A stretch of DNA of 30,399 nt from Thermodesulfobacteriota bacterium (lineage in GTDB: Bacteria > Desulfobacterota > Desulfobulbia > Desulfobulbales > SURF-16), in the NCBI GenBank assembly GCA_040755455.1, contig JBFMAY010000047.1:1-30399 (forward strand), given 5' to 3'. Shown in pieces: positions 1 to 9,536 of the stretch (positions are counted from its first letter, which is position 1; each line of letters opens with the position of its first letter). The position numbers were made by a program, and so were the translations under genes. Below the pieces are notes generated by a model. That model searched no databases, was not told where the DNA came from, and worked only from the letters and a program-made list of their open reading frames with translations.

Positions 1-2
1 CC

Positions 3-434
3 TTTGCCGAGTGCGCCCATATCATCCGGGACGACACGCCGCTGGTGGTCCAGGGTGCGCTACAGAATGAAGAGGAAGGAGAGGCCAAAATCATTGCCGA
101 CACCGTTGACACCCTGGCAGACGCCCTGAAGAAATTTACCGCCGCCACCCGAATCATGCTCTTTGCGGACCGGGTCAACCGCAGAAAAATAGAGGACCTG
201 AAAAAGGCGATCCATCGCCACCATGGCCCCTGCCCTGTTTCCCTCACCCTGCATTTCCCCAAAAGGGGCGAGGCGGACATAGACATTCCCGAGGAGCTGA
301 CCATCAACCCCGGGCGGGAATTTTCCCGTGAGGTTGACGACATCCTCGGCTACGGCGCCATTCAATTCATCAAAAAACAGCCGGAAACGGCAAGAAAAAA
401 CGGCAAGCGTGGCAACTTTCAGCCCGCGGGATAA
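3..434 (+). CDS. dnaE: DNA polymerase III alpha subunit, C-terminal fragment (5' end outside the window)
   Basis: The frame is open from base 3 (FAECAHIIRDDTPLVVQGAL...AKIIAD). This matches the end of the DnaE OB fold, followed by the typical C-terminal domain (LKKAIHRHHGPCPVSLTL...EVDDILG). TAA ends at 434. Confidence 0.85.
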   Translation, partial: FAECAHIIRDDTPLVVQGALQNEEEGEAKIIADTVDTLADALKKFTAATRIMLFADRVNRRKIEDLKKAIHRHHGPCPVSLTLHFPKRGEADIDIPEELTINPGREFSREVDDILGYGAIQFIKKQPETARKNGKRGNFQPAG

Positions 435-550
435 AGGAAAACTTCATGCACGATCAGCAGGAACAAACCTCTGTGTCAGGATGTCTCTCGTGAACAGGAC
501 AACAATGATGTGCAAAGCAGTTTTCTTCTTTTTCCTATCGAGAAAACAAC

Positions 551-1519
551 ATGAAGCATAACTTTCTGAAAATAATGCAATGGAGCGCTCTTCTTGCCTG
601 TGTATTCATTGCCCTGCAAATGGCCATGATCATCTTCAGCGGCAAGGCGCTCTGCCTGAACGATGGCTGTGGCATTGCCGAAAAACTCACTACCGTTGCG
701 CCCGTCTACCTGAACCTCGCCGGCTTTGTTTATTTTCTTGTCGTTTTCATTACCTGCCGCTGGTTCCTTACCAGGCCACTGCCCGCCTTTGACTGGCTGC
801 GTCTGCTGTTATTGATCGGCTTGGTCGTTGAAGGGGTGCTGCTCAGCTATCAACTCTTCGTCATCCACACCCTGTGCTCCTATTGCCTGATCATCTTTTC
901 CTTCATTGTCCTGCTCAATATCCTGTACGGCTGGCAACAGCTTCTCATCGGCATGCCGCTTTTTCTCGCCGTGCTCGCCGCCTTCACTATCCTCAATTTC
1001 GGCCCGGCCCTGCTGACCCTGCAGAATCAGACCCTTGCTTCCGGCACCATCGCGGTCAGGAAATGCGCCCAGCCGTCCAAACAGCTCTATTTCTTTTTTT
1101 CCTCGGATTGCCCCCACTGCCAGAATGTTCTCAAGGCCCTGGAAAACTGCAACAGCTGCGAGTTCCATTTCAACCCCATTGACAAGATCAAATCCATGGC
1201 CATGCCCGAACTGGAATACACGCCTGGCTTTAATCCTGCCTTGAACCGGCTGATTCTGTCACTTGTCAAAATCGAAACCATTCCAGTCCTGCTCGTGCAG
1301 AATCCCGACGGATTGACCTTTATCAAAGGAGAAGAGAGCATCATCCGCTTTATCAGCCAGGCATGTTTCCGCGAGGAGGCGCAGCCTAGCATGGATTCTT
1401 CCCTGTATAACGCCCCGGAAAAAATGAGTATCCCTGTTGAAGAGCAGGGTGAATGCGATATCCAGTTGGATTGCCCTGATGCGGCTGCAATTCAAAGGCA
1501 AAGTCCATCGGGAGAGTAA
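551..1519 (+). CDS. VKOR-family membrane protein fused to a thioredoxin/DsbA-like domain (disulfide bond formation)
   Basis: TM helix, loop Cys pair CLNDGC, further TM helices with the redox CSYC at a helix start, then a soluble Trx-fold domain (YFFFSSDCPHC, cis-Pro-like ETIPVL). Confidence 0.8.
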   Translation: MKHNFLKIMQWSALLACVFIALQMAMIIFSGKALCLNDGCGIAEKLTTVAPVYLNLAGFVYFLVVFITCRWFLTRPLPAFDWLRLLLLIGLVVEGVLLSYQLFVIHTLCSYCLIIFSFIVLLNILYGWQQLLIGMPLFLAVLAAFTILNFGPALLTLQNQTLASGTIAVRKCAQPSKQLYFFFSSDCPHCQNVLKALENCNSCEFHFNPIDKIKSMAMPELEYTPGFNPALNRLILSLVKIETIPVLLVQNPDGLTFIKGEESIIRFISQACFREEAQPSMDSSLYNAPEKMSIPVEEQGECDIQLDCPDAAAIQRQSPSGE

Positions 1520-1662
1520 AAAAAACTTCCTGGAAGCAGGAGCACAACAGCTGCCACCCGCTGCAGGCCGGCAAAAACCTACATACCGCCCCTTTTTTCG
1601 ACCAAAACATGGAGAAGAGATCATGATTGCTTCAGTCATCCAGCCATACGCAACATGATTAG

Positions 1663-1690
1663 CTGAAAAATGATGAAATCAGTGTATAAT
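1663..1690 (+). promoter_or_regulatory. Candidate sigma70 promoter for the 1722 gene
   Basis: CTGAAA-N16-TATAAT. The perfect -10 at 1685-1690 lies about 30 nt upstream of the ATG, which has a GAGG RBS. Confidence 0.4.
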
Positions 1691-1721
1691 CATATTATGG
1701 ATCACACAAACTGAGGCTGAC

Positions 1722-2135
1722 ATGAATAAACAAAAATTTTCCCGTTCTCTCGTAGCCTATGAATCAATCGGCTTCGGCTGCCTGTTTGTCATATTATGGC
1801 TCGATGAAATACTGGATCTTCCCTGTCTGCTGATGGGGGCGGCCCCCACACCGGTCAACGTTCGAGAGAGTGTTCTTGAGAGCTTTCTGGCTTTTGTCAT
1901 AGGCCTGTTCACCGTGCACTTCACCAAGAAATTACTAAATGAGATCAAATATCTGGAGGGATTTCTGCCGATCTGCGCCTCGTGCAAGAAGATCAGAGAC
2001 GACGCGGGGAACTGGGTGCAGATAGAGGGCTATATCGGAGCCCGTTCAGCGGCGAAATTTTCCCACGGCATCTGCCCGGATTGCGCAAAAAAACTCTACC
2101 CGGATTATGATTTGTATAAAAAGAAGCCGTTATAA
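1722..2135 (+). CDS. Small two-TM membrane protein with a C-terminal 4-Cys domain of unknown function
   Basis: Two hydrophobic segments, then LPICASCKKIRDD...W...FSHGICPDC. This module is commonly seen at the C-terminus of receiver/PAS signalling proteins in anaerobes. Confidence 0.8.
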   Translation: MNKQKFSRSLVAYESIGFGCLFVILWLDEILDLPCLLMGAAPTPVNVRESVLESFLAFVIGLFTVHFTKKLLNEIKYLEGFLPICASCKKIRDDAGNWVQIEGYIGARSAAKFSHGICPDCAKKLYPDYDLYKKKPL

Positions 2136-2242
2136 AAAATAGCATGGTCATGCAATCAAAACGGCAGAAGGAACCCTAAAGAAACGGGCAGAATTGTACA
2201 AATTATTTCGTAACGGCTCCTAAACAATGGCCAGACCACTTT

Positions 2243-5200
2243 TCAGCTTTCATCCAATGCTTCCCTGACATGTCTGGCGAGTTGCTTGCCACCGAAAGGT
2301 TTTTGCACCAGTTTCCGAACCCCGGCCTTCATGGCCTTTTCCTCGGAGATGGTTGAACTGTACCCGGTGCAGAGAATGATCGGCAGATCAGGCCGCACTG
2401 CAAGGATTTCACTTGCCAGGTCCGTTCCGCAGAGGGCGGGCATGGTCTGGTCGGTTATGATGAGATCGTAACAGTCCGGCGCTGCCCGGAAATAGCCCAG
2501 GGCAACTCTGCTGTCGGTGGTTGCCGTGACATGATAGCCAAGCGCAGTCAGGGTGCTTTTCTGCAGGGTGACGATTGCCGCCTCATCATCAACAAGCAGA
2601 ATGCGCTCGCTGCCCCTTTGCAGTATCTCTTCGATCTCTTCCTTGATCTCCACCTGTTTCGCATCCGTGACCGGGAAATAGACACGAAATGTCGTCCCTT
2701 GATTTATTTCACTTGCAACCATGATGATCCCTCCGCAACTCTTGACGATACCATGGACCACCGCCAGCCCCAGGCCGGTACCACTGCCGTTTTCCTTGGT
2801 GGTGAAGTAGGGCTCAAAGATCCGCTCCATGGTTGCCTTGTCCATCCCCTGCCCTGTGTCGCTGACCATCAATTCAACAAATGAGCCGACTGCAACATGA
2901 TGCTGCTCCGTGATCTCCTCGGCGGTCAAGTTTTTGCGCAACAGGGTAACGGTTAAAATACCCCCAGTTCTTTCCATGGCATGAAAGGCATTGGCGCACA
3001 AGTTCACCACCACCTGCTGTATCTTGGTCTGGTCCGCCAGAATTGTCCCGCATTCCTTATCAATTTTTTCCCTGATTTCAATGGTTGTCGGCAGGGTTGA
3101 CCGGATAAATTTCAACGATTCGCCAATAACAAAATGCGGCGAAACGGGCAGCAGTTTCTGATTTCCTTTCCTGCTGTAAGCCAGAATCTGCCGGACGAGT
3201 TCCCGGGCGCGGTAAGCAGCCCGCAACACCTGATCAAGGTCATCGACCGGCCTCTCCCCTTTTAATACCGCATCCCTGGCTATCTCGGCAAAGCCGATGA
3301 CCGGGGTGAGAATATTGTTGAAATCATGGGCAATGCCTCCGGCCAGGGTGCCGATGGCCTCCATCTTCTGCGACTGCAGCAGCTCTTCCTCAAGTCTTTT
3401 CTGCTCGGTGATATCGGTTGCCACATGGATCAGGTACTCCATGTCATTATTCTTGTCGAAAATAGGGGCTGTTGAGACCTTGAATATTCTCCCCAGCTTC
3501 TCATGCTTGATAATCTCGCAGTGATTATCCATGTCCTGCAGGGACAACAGCACCGGGCAACCAGGGCAGGGTTCTCCTTTGCCGCTGAACAATTCATAAC
3601 AGAATCTGCCGATCAGTTCCTTCTTGTCGGCATTCAGCACACGGCTTGCGGCTTCATTGACTTTGACGATCCGCATGTTTTTATCCTGCAGGGTAATGAT
3701 GTCATTTATGGAATTAAATGTCCTTTCCCATTCCTCCTTGCTGCGGATCAACCTCCTTTCAGCCTCCAGTCTTTCCGTAATATCTTCAAAGACAACAATA
3801 ATTTCCCCTGTGGACAGCTTGAAAACATAAATTTCCAGCCACAGCTGGATGTTATTCTGTTTGCAGATTGACTGCGGATGATATTCGGGATTGCCGGTCT
3901 GCCAGACCCGCTGAAAGACCTCCAATATCCCCATGGATTCGACCCAAGGCAGGACCTCCCTGAGACCTCTGCCGATTATTTTTTCTTTATCCAGCTCCAC
4001 GCTTTGCAAGGCAGCCCGGTTCAGGTCCTTAAAAATGAAATCCCTGCCGTCATCCACGGCAGCGCAGATGGCAACATGTTTGCGCATGTTCTCGAACAAT
4101 TCCCGCAGTTGAAATTCGCTTTTTTTCAGGGCCAGCTGATATTTCTGCCGCTCGCGGTTTTCGTCGAACAGTTTTTCATTGGCGTCCATCGCCTTGTCGG
4201 CCGTCTCCTGCAGCACCTTGTTGTAACGCATCAGCAGCAGGGCATGACCGATAAAGAGAATACCGATGAGCAGAAAAATGATCCCGATGATTTTAGAGAT
4301 GATCCGGTATGGGGCAAACGCTTCGTCAGCCTCTATTTCAAAGGCCAGACCGAAATCAAACTGCTTATCCCACAGCCATGCGCCGACCACCGTGACCCCA
4401 CGATAGTTCCGGTAGCCATCCACGTTGTATCCCTTCACTTTTGAGGATATGGCCTGCTGGGCCATCGCGGTCAGGGGAGGAAGAAACTGCTGGTGCAATT
4501 GGTGCTTAAAACCCTGCATTATATTGTCCCCGGGATCACCCAGCCTGAAGGTCACGCTGCTTTTTTCTCCAGGGCCGATCAATCCCGTCCGGCTCAGCGT
4601 ATCGGTGAAACGGCATTCGCTGATCATTCTGCCTGATCCGTCAAAGGCATAGCTGTCACCGGTTTTGCCAGTCCAGGCCCCTTCAATGATCTTGCTCACT
4701 TCCATGGGGCTTATCTGGAATATCAGCGCTGAGGTGATTGAGCCGGTAGTGGTGATAATCGGGGCGCCGATAAACATGGCGGCTCCGGTGGAATATGAGG
4801 TGCCGGACGTTTCGTGGCCGTATATTTTGCTCTGCATAGGCAAAAGCAGAGTGGTCTTGCCTTGAAAGATGGCGGACAGGAAAGCGCCATGGTCAGCGAA
4901 CCGGCGCGTATCGCCGATATTTTCGTCATATAACGAACCGATAACTCCGCCGTCCGCGGTGATAATAAAAAAGTCATAATCCTGATGATATTGGATTACC
5001 GGTCGCAGCATCAGCCGTATTTCCGCAAGTGCCGGTTGCTGCAAGAGATCCTGGCCGGTCAGGGTTGACTGCTGCAATGTTTCGACCAGACGGATGAAAT
5101 CCGAATCATGGGCTATACGGGTGGTGTTTTCAAAATGATGGAATATCCATTCATGGATGGCGTTATGGGTCACGCCGAGCACGGTGGTCAGCCCTTCTCC

Positions 5201-5350
5201 CACTCCGGACTTGAATGAATCCCGCAGCTCTTCCAACCCTTTCCAGACGATCGCCCCCACGCAGAGCAGAACCACCAGACCTATGACGATACCTCTATCA
5301 CAGATATTTTTTCGGAAAACTGCCGGCATGTTGCGCGTGGTCATCGTCAT
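2243..5350 (-). CDS. Membrane-bound hybrid sensor histidine kinase (periplasmic Cache-like domain, 2 PAS, HisKA, HATPase, REC)
   Basis: Two TM helices flank a ~310-aa extracytoplasmic domain. H-box [13 protein letters not shown]-box NLCANA, DTGQG, GTGLGL; C-terminal receiver (LLVDDE, TDQTMP, KP). Confidence 0.93.
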   Translation of the reverse strand: MTMTTRNMPAVFRKNICDRGIVIGLVVLLCVGAIVWKGLEELRDSFKSGVGEGLTTVLGVTHNAIHEWIFHHFENTTRIAHDSDFIRLVETLQQSTLTGQDLLQQPALAEIRLMLRPVIQYHQDYDFFIITADGGVIGSLYDENIGDTRRFADHGAFLSAIFQGKTTLLLPMQSKIYGHETSGTSYSTGAAMFIGAPIITTTGSITSALIFQISPMEVSKIIEGAWTGKTGDSYAFDGSGRMISECRFTDTLSRTGLIGPGEKSSVTFRLGDPGDNIMQGFKHQLHQQFLPPLTAMAQQAISSKVKGYNVDGYRNYRGVTVVGAWLWDKQFDFGLAFEIEADEAFAPYRIISKIIGIIFLLIGILFIGHALLLMRYNKVLQETADKAMDANEKLFDENRERQKYQLALKKSEFQLRELFENMRKHVAICAAVDDGRDFIFKDLNRAALQSVELDKEKIIGRGLREVLPWVESMGILEVFQRVWQTGNPEYHPQSICKQNNIQLWLEIYVFKLSTGEIIVVFEDITERLEAERRLIRSKEEWERTFNSINDIITLQDKNMRIVKVNEAASRVLNADKKELIGRFCYELFSGKGEPCPGCPVLLSLQDMDNHCEIIKHEKLGRIFKVSTAPIFDKNNDMEYLIHVATDITEQKRLEEELLQSQKMEAIGTLAGGIAHDFNNILTPVIGFAEIARDAVLKGERPVDDLDQVLRAAYRARELVRQILAYSRKGNQKLLPVSPHFVIGESLKFIRSTLPTTIEIREKIDKECGTILADQTKIQQVVVNLCANAFHAMERTGGILTVTLLRKNLTAEEITEQHHVAVGSFVELMVSDTGQGMDKATMERIFEPYFTTKENGSGTGLGLAVVHGIVKSCGGIIMVASEINQGTTFRVYFPVTDAKQVEIKEEIEEILQRGSERILLVDDEAAIVTLQKSTLTALGYHVTATTDSRVALGYFRAAPDCYDLIITDQTMPALCGTDLASEILAVRPDLPIILCTGYSSTISEEKAMKAGVRKLVQKPFGGKQLARHVREALDES

Positions 5351-5393
5351 AGGTCAATCATGCTGCATGGCCTGAGAACAGAAGTGTATATTG

Positions 5394-7316
5394 TTAGAAA
5401 TTAACGTATCCTTCATCCAGGGGAATGACGGCCTCAGGTTGCAGCTTGCCGCCGTCCTGAACGCTGTTTTTCTTATCTTCCCCGGCGGCAGGGGAAAATT
5501 TCAGCCCTCGGCGGGGCGCTGTCTCACGGACAGAACGGGCTTCACCGGCCAGAGCCTCTGCCCGGCCAGCTCTCCCGCCGACCAGCGCGACCAGTTCTTC
5601 AACCATGGACTGCATCTGGCCGGCCTGGGCGTTAAGCTGCTTAGAGGCGGAGGCGGATTCCTCGGCATTGACTGCGTTCTGCTGGATGACCTTGTCAATC
5701 TCGTTCACCGCTATGTTCACCTGCTTGACCCCCTCGGCCTGTTCTCTGGAGGCGGCAGCAATCTCACCGACAAGTTCACCTGCCCTTGCCGTGGTTGTTG
5801 CCACCTGCTGAAAAGAGACGTTGGTTTTTTCAACCAGTTGCGAACCGGCCTGCACTTTCATCACCGTTCCCTCAATCAGTTCCGCCGTGACCTTTGCCGC
5901 CGCAGCCGACCGCAGGGCGAGACTTCTCACCTCTTCGGCAACAACGGCAAAGCCGGCGCCGGCCTCTCCGGCCCGTGCCGCCTCAACTGCGGCATTTAAG
6001 GCCAGCAGATTGGTCTGAAAGGCTATCTCGTCAATGGTTTTCACCACCTTCTGCGTTGCCGAACTCGACTGGTACAGCTCATCCATTGATACGGTAAGTT
6101 CCTTCATAGATTCATTGGCCCGGTCGACAATCACGTTCCCCTCTTGTGTTTTGCCCGCAGCCTGCTGGGCATGTTCCGCATTTTGCAATGTCATGGAAGA
6201 CACCTGTTCAAGAGTGGCGGACGTCTCCTCAAGGGATGCCGCCTGCTCGAATGCCCCTGCTGCCAGTGACTGACTTGCGGCTGAAACCTGGGTGGAGGCG
6301 GAGGCCACCTGATCAGCGCCCTCCTTGAGCCCTGCGATGATCCTGTTGAGGGTTTTGCTAATGCTGCGGATAATAAAAAAAGAAAGGAGAACGCCGACAA
6401 CAATAGCCGCCACGGCGGTGCTGATCATCACACTGTTGGCCATGGTGATCTGGCTTGCCATTTTCGCATGCTGGTCGGCGGTGGCTGCCGCGCATTCCTC
6501 CTCAACCTTGCGCGCCGTATTCACCATGATGTCGCTTGCCTTGTTCTGTTCGGCCATGAGGAGAGCGAACTGATCAAAGGCCTGCCTGTACTGACCCACC
6601 GCAACCAGCACCTTGTCAATCTCTTCAATGTTACTGGCCGTCTGGAAACGGGACTTGAGGTCATTTGCCATATCAAGAATTTTCAGCAGTTCCTCATCCA
6701 CCTTATCATTCCATTGCTGCCCGCCGCTGATGAAGTACTGCTTCTCATGCTCCCGCGCCGCAAGCAACCATTTGACGATCAAGTCGGTATCATCAACCTT
6801 GGCCCGCCTGTCCTCAATCAGCGACTGGTCATTTTGCTTATACGCCTCGGCCAGCTGCCCCATGAGATCGGCGTCAATGACCGCCGCCGCATTCGTCGCT
6901 GCAAGGGCTCCCTGATCCATCGTTTCCATGGCAACGCTTCTCTGCCTGGACAGATCCACATAGGCATCAAAGGCCTTGCCGTAATCCTCCACCTCGCCGA
7001 TCACCCGCTCCATCTGGTCCTGGTTGATCTTCTGCCTGAATCTCCCTTTGGCCTCCGCCGCCTCTTTTCTAATTTTTTCCAGCTGTTCGTGGACCTTGTC
7101 AATATATGTAGCGTCACCCCGCAGGATGAAGTTTTTCTCGTGCCGACGGGCGTTCAGGATATCTTTTACCAGAGTGTCAACGGCATCAGCTTTTTCCACC
7201 CTGTTCACCACCTCGGCCATGCCGAAATATCCCACCGCAGCCACAATACAGGCCAGCACAATCAATACTGTCGCGATGCTTGCTATTTTTGTCCCCAGCG
7301 TCATTTTGTTGAACAT
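5394..7316 (-). CDS. Methyl-accepting chemotaxis protein with an HBM-type periplasmic domain
   Basis: Hairpin-tip motif [37 protein letters not shown], two TM helices, duplicated [16 protein letters not shown] helical repeats, and a C-terminal pentapeptide GYVNF. Confidence 0.95.
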   Translation of the reverse strand: MFNKMTLGTKIASIATVLIVLACIVAAVGYFGMAEVVNRVEKADAVDTLVKDILNARRHEKNFILRGDATYIDKVHEQLEKIRKEAAEAKGRFRQKINQDQMERVIGEVEDYGKAFDAYVDLSRQRSVAMETMDQGALAATNAAAVIDADLMGQLAEAYKQNDQSLIEDRRAKVDDTDLIVKWLLAAREHEKQYFISGGQQWNDKVDEELLKILDMANDLKSRFQTASNIEEIDKVLVAVGQYRQAFDQFALLMAEQNKASDIMVNTARKVEEECAAATADQHAKMASQITMANSVMISTAVAAIVVGVLLSFFIIRSISKTLNRIIAGLKEGADQVASASTQVSAASQSLAAGAFEQAASLEETSATLEQVSSMTLQNAEHAQQAAGKTQEGNVIVDRANESMKELTVSMDELYQSSSATQKVVKTIDEIAFQTNLLALNAAVEAARAGEAGAGFAVVAEEVRSLALRSAAAAKVTAELIEGTVMKVQAGSQLVEKTNVSFQQVATTTARAGELVGEIAAASREQAEGVKQVNIAVNEIDKVIQQNAVNAEESASASKQLNAQAGQMQSMVEELVALVGGRAGRAEALAGEARSVRETAPRRGLKFSPAAGEDKKNSVQDGGKLQPEAVIPLDEGYVNF

Positions 7317-7479
7317 CCGCCCACCTCACTGTGAGAAAATAATGGAAGGCTGCCTGTCATGTTTGCTTCCACGCCGATAAAAGCGCGGGCATCTGACCAG
7401 CCGGAAAAATTGCCCAGGCAGCGCATAAGAGGTACGAAAATCATCATTTCCGCATGAAGCATAAGCATTGCGTCTTTTA

Positions 7480-7875
7480 TTAATAATTCCCCTGATCATT
7501 GTTCTCTTTTCTTAAACATTTCAGATGGTTCATGACCGCAACAACATCCTCGAACTGCGTATCGGGATAGGATATGAAACGCGGTCTCAACCGATGGCAT
7601 TTGGCAAGCAAATCATCGTCAATATTCGGAATAATGAGGATGACAAAAATACTCTCAAGAAGATGTTGCATCAAGAGTAGCCTGTCCAGATCAAATTCAT
7701 GCTGAACGCAGAAGATGCCGACCCGCACATCAACCGCCCGGCTGAGCAGGTGTTCCTTTAACTGGGAAATATCCCGACACTCTATCAACTGGCCGGAATC
7801 GCATATTTTTTCTATCTTCTGCCGGAGATGCTTGCCGTATTCCAAAAAATCATTCGCAAAGAGCAAAACCGTCAT
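7480..7875 (-). CDS. Hypothetical protein, probable degenerate (pseudo-)receiver domain
   Basis: 131 aa with the alternating beta/alpha pattern of a CheY-like fold (VLLFA, VGIFC, FVILII, RPRFISY) but no acidic pocket or phosphoacceptor Asp. A purine-rich RBS (AGGAAGG) precedes it. Confidence 0.7.
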   Translation of the reverse strand: MTVLLFANDFLEYGKHLRQKIEKICDSGQLIECRDISQLKEHLLSRAVDVRVGIFCVQHEFDLDRLLLMQHLLESIFVILIIPNIDDDLLAKCHRLRPRFISYPDTQFEDVVAVMNHLKCLRKENNDQGNY

Positions 7876-7928
7876 CCTTCCTTTCTCCTAAAGTAAATAT
7901 AGGGAAATAGCATATGAGTTATGGCAAA

Positions 7929-7945
7929 TGCCAGTTACATGCCAA
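7929..7945 (-). promoter_or_regulatory. Candidate sigma54 (-24/-12) promoter
   Basis: The minus strand reads TTGGCATGTAACTGGCA, an exact GG-N10-GC with TGGCA at -24 (-12 is TGGC, not TTGC). It lies about 55 nt upstream of the 7875 ATG and just downstream of a bEBP gene. Confidence 0.65.
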
Positions 7946-8042
7946 GGATGGCAATAGGCAGGGAAGAATCAGGAAAACATTGACTGGCAAGGAATCAGGC
8001 AAGATTATTCTGTTTAGCGGTTGAAATAGTATTACGATGAAA

Positions 8043-8064
8043 AGTGTCAACAAAAGTTAACACT
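8043..8064. promoter_or_regulatory. Candidate upstream activator (enhancer) site for a sigma54 activator
   Basis: Palindrome AGTGTCAAC-AAAA-GTTAACACT (9-bp arms, one mismatch, TGT-N12-ACA core), about 100 bp upstream of the -24 element in AT-rich DNA. Confidence 0.6.
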
Positions 8065-8103
8065 GTCACATTTTATGGAATATAACTACAAGTAATTGTT
8101 AAT

Positions 8104-8143
8104 AAAAAACCCATTTCACTCCCCTTGACAGGGGGTCAATGGG
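8104..8143 (-). terminator. Probable intrinsic terminator after the sigma54 regulator
   Basis: The minus strand reads CCCAT-TGAC-CCCCT-GTCA-AGGGG-AGTGAA-ATGGG-TTTTTT: a nested stem spanning the stop codon, followed by a U-run. Confidence 0.5.
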
Positions 8144-9536
8144 AATGAAGAATGCGGTGCTTGTCAAGGAGCTGATAGAGCCGTGTTCTTGAGAGCCCCG
8201 ATATCCTGCTGGCGGCCTGAATGTTCCCGTCCACGTGCACCAGGAGATCCTGGACATACTTTTTCTCAAAGCAATCCCGGGCTTCCCGCCATACGGGAAA
8301 AACGCCAGGGGCGTCCTGAACCGCTCCCGGTGCGGCAGTAGTCTCACCCTTGACATTCATCCTGGCATGGAGGATGCGGATCCTGTCCGGCAGATGCAGA
8401 GCAAACAGTTTAGGGCTGTAAACCGCCTCGGTAAAAACATGATCCAGCACGCGAAACAGCTCTCTGACATTCCCCGGCCAGTCATAGTTCATCAGTGCAT
8501 CGATGAACTCAGCCGAATAACTTTTGTGAACCTGACCGTACCGTTCACATAAGGAATTGATGCAATAGTCGGCCAGGTCACGGATATCCCCGCGCCGTTC
8601 CCGGAGAGGGGGTATATTGATCGTGCAGGATTCAATGCGGAAAAGCAGATCACGGCGAAAACTCCCCAGTTCCCCCATGGCATGCAGATCACGGTTGGTT
8701 GCGGCGATCAGTCTGAAATTACTGCTGACCTCATGAACGGAGCCGACAGGCCGGAAAGATTTTTCCTCCAGCACCCGCAGAAAGGCCTTTTGCATGTCAA
8801 AAGGGAGTTCACCGATTTCATCGAGAAAAAGCGTCCCCCCGTCAGCCTGCTTTATAAGGCCTTTGTTTGCTTTTGCCGCATCGGTGAATGCCCCTTTTTC
8901 ATGCCCGAAAAGGGTCGTCTCCACAAGTTTTTCCGGCAGGGAAGCACAGTCCACCACCACAAAATTCCTCTTGGCCCTTTTGCTGTTTTCGTGGATGGTG
9001 CGGGCAAACACCTCCTTGCCGGTACCGGTCTCCCCGGTTATCAGCACATTGGCGTCATTATTTGCCACCTTGACGACATGGTCGAGACATCTCAAAATCC
9101 GCGCACTGCTGCCGATCAGATTATCTCTCTTTAATCGGACAGCCGCCGTCTTTTTCTTTTCACCCCGGAACTGGAGGGCCCGGGTCAAGGGCAGGATCAG
9201 ATCCCTGATAATGGTAGCCTTTTCCAGATAACACCACGCCCCGCTCCTGATGGCAAGCTCGGCGCCGTCAGGGTCTCCCGCCCCGGTAATGATGATGACC
9301 TCCGGAGATGAAGAGACGGCCTTCAGCCTGGGAAGCAGCTCCAGTCCGTTGCCGTCCGGCATGCGGACATCAAGAAAGATGATATCATAGTCACCGGCAT
9401 GCGCCTTCGCATACGCGTCTCTGAGGGTATGAACACTTTCGGTAATATGCCCCAGTCTGGTGATTTTTTTTTCAATAGCACCACAAAGAAGTTCATCATC
9501 ATCAACGATTAAAATCTCTGCCATCACTACAATCAT
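8136..9536 (-). CDS. Sigma54-dependent NtrC/Fis-family response regulator (REC-AAA+-HTH)
   Basis: Receiver (ILIVDDD, LDVRMPD), Walker A GETGTGKE, GAFTDA loop, Walker B LFLDEIGE, WPGNVREL and a C-terminal Fis-type HTH. Confidence 0.95.
   Translation of the reverse strand: MIVVMAEILIVDDDELLCGAIEKKITRLGHITESVHTLRDAYAKAHAGDYDIIFLDVRMPDGNGLELLPRLKAVSSSPEVIIITGAGDPDGAELAIRSGAWCYLEKATIIRDLILPLTRALQFRGEKKKTAAVRLKRDNLIGSSARILRCLDHVVKVANNDANVLITGETGTGKEVFARTIHENSKRAKRNFVVVDCASLPEKLVETTLFGHEKGAFTDAAKANKGLIKQADGGTLFLDEIGELPFDMQKAFLRVLEEKSFRPVGSVHEVSSNFRLIAATNRDLHAMGELGSFRRDLLFRIESCTINIPPLRERRGDIRDLADYCINSLCERYGQVHKSYSAEFIDALMNYDWPGNVRELFRVLDHVFTEAVYSPKLFALHLPDRIRILHARMNVKGETTAAPGAVQDAPGVFPVWREARDCFEKKYVQDLLVHVDGNIQAASRISGLSRTRLYQLLDKHRILHSH

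Noticed and set aside
5391..7334. Plus-strand ORFs of 202 and 288 aa opposite the MCP
   Set aside because: These are typical MCP antisense shadows, and the MCP frame carries all the conserved motifs.
8876..8895. GAFTDA instead of GAFTGA as a sign of a sigma54-independent activator
   Set aside because: The key F and T residues are retained, this variant is common, and a -24/-12 promoter candidate lies next to the gene.
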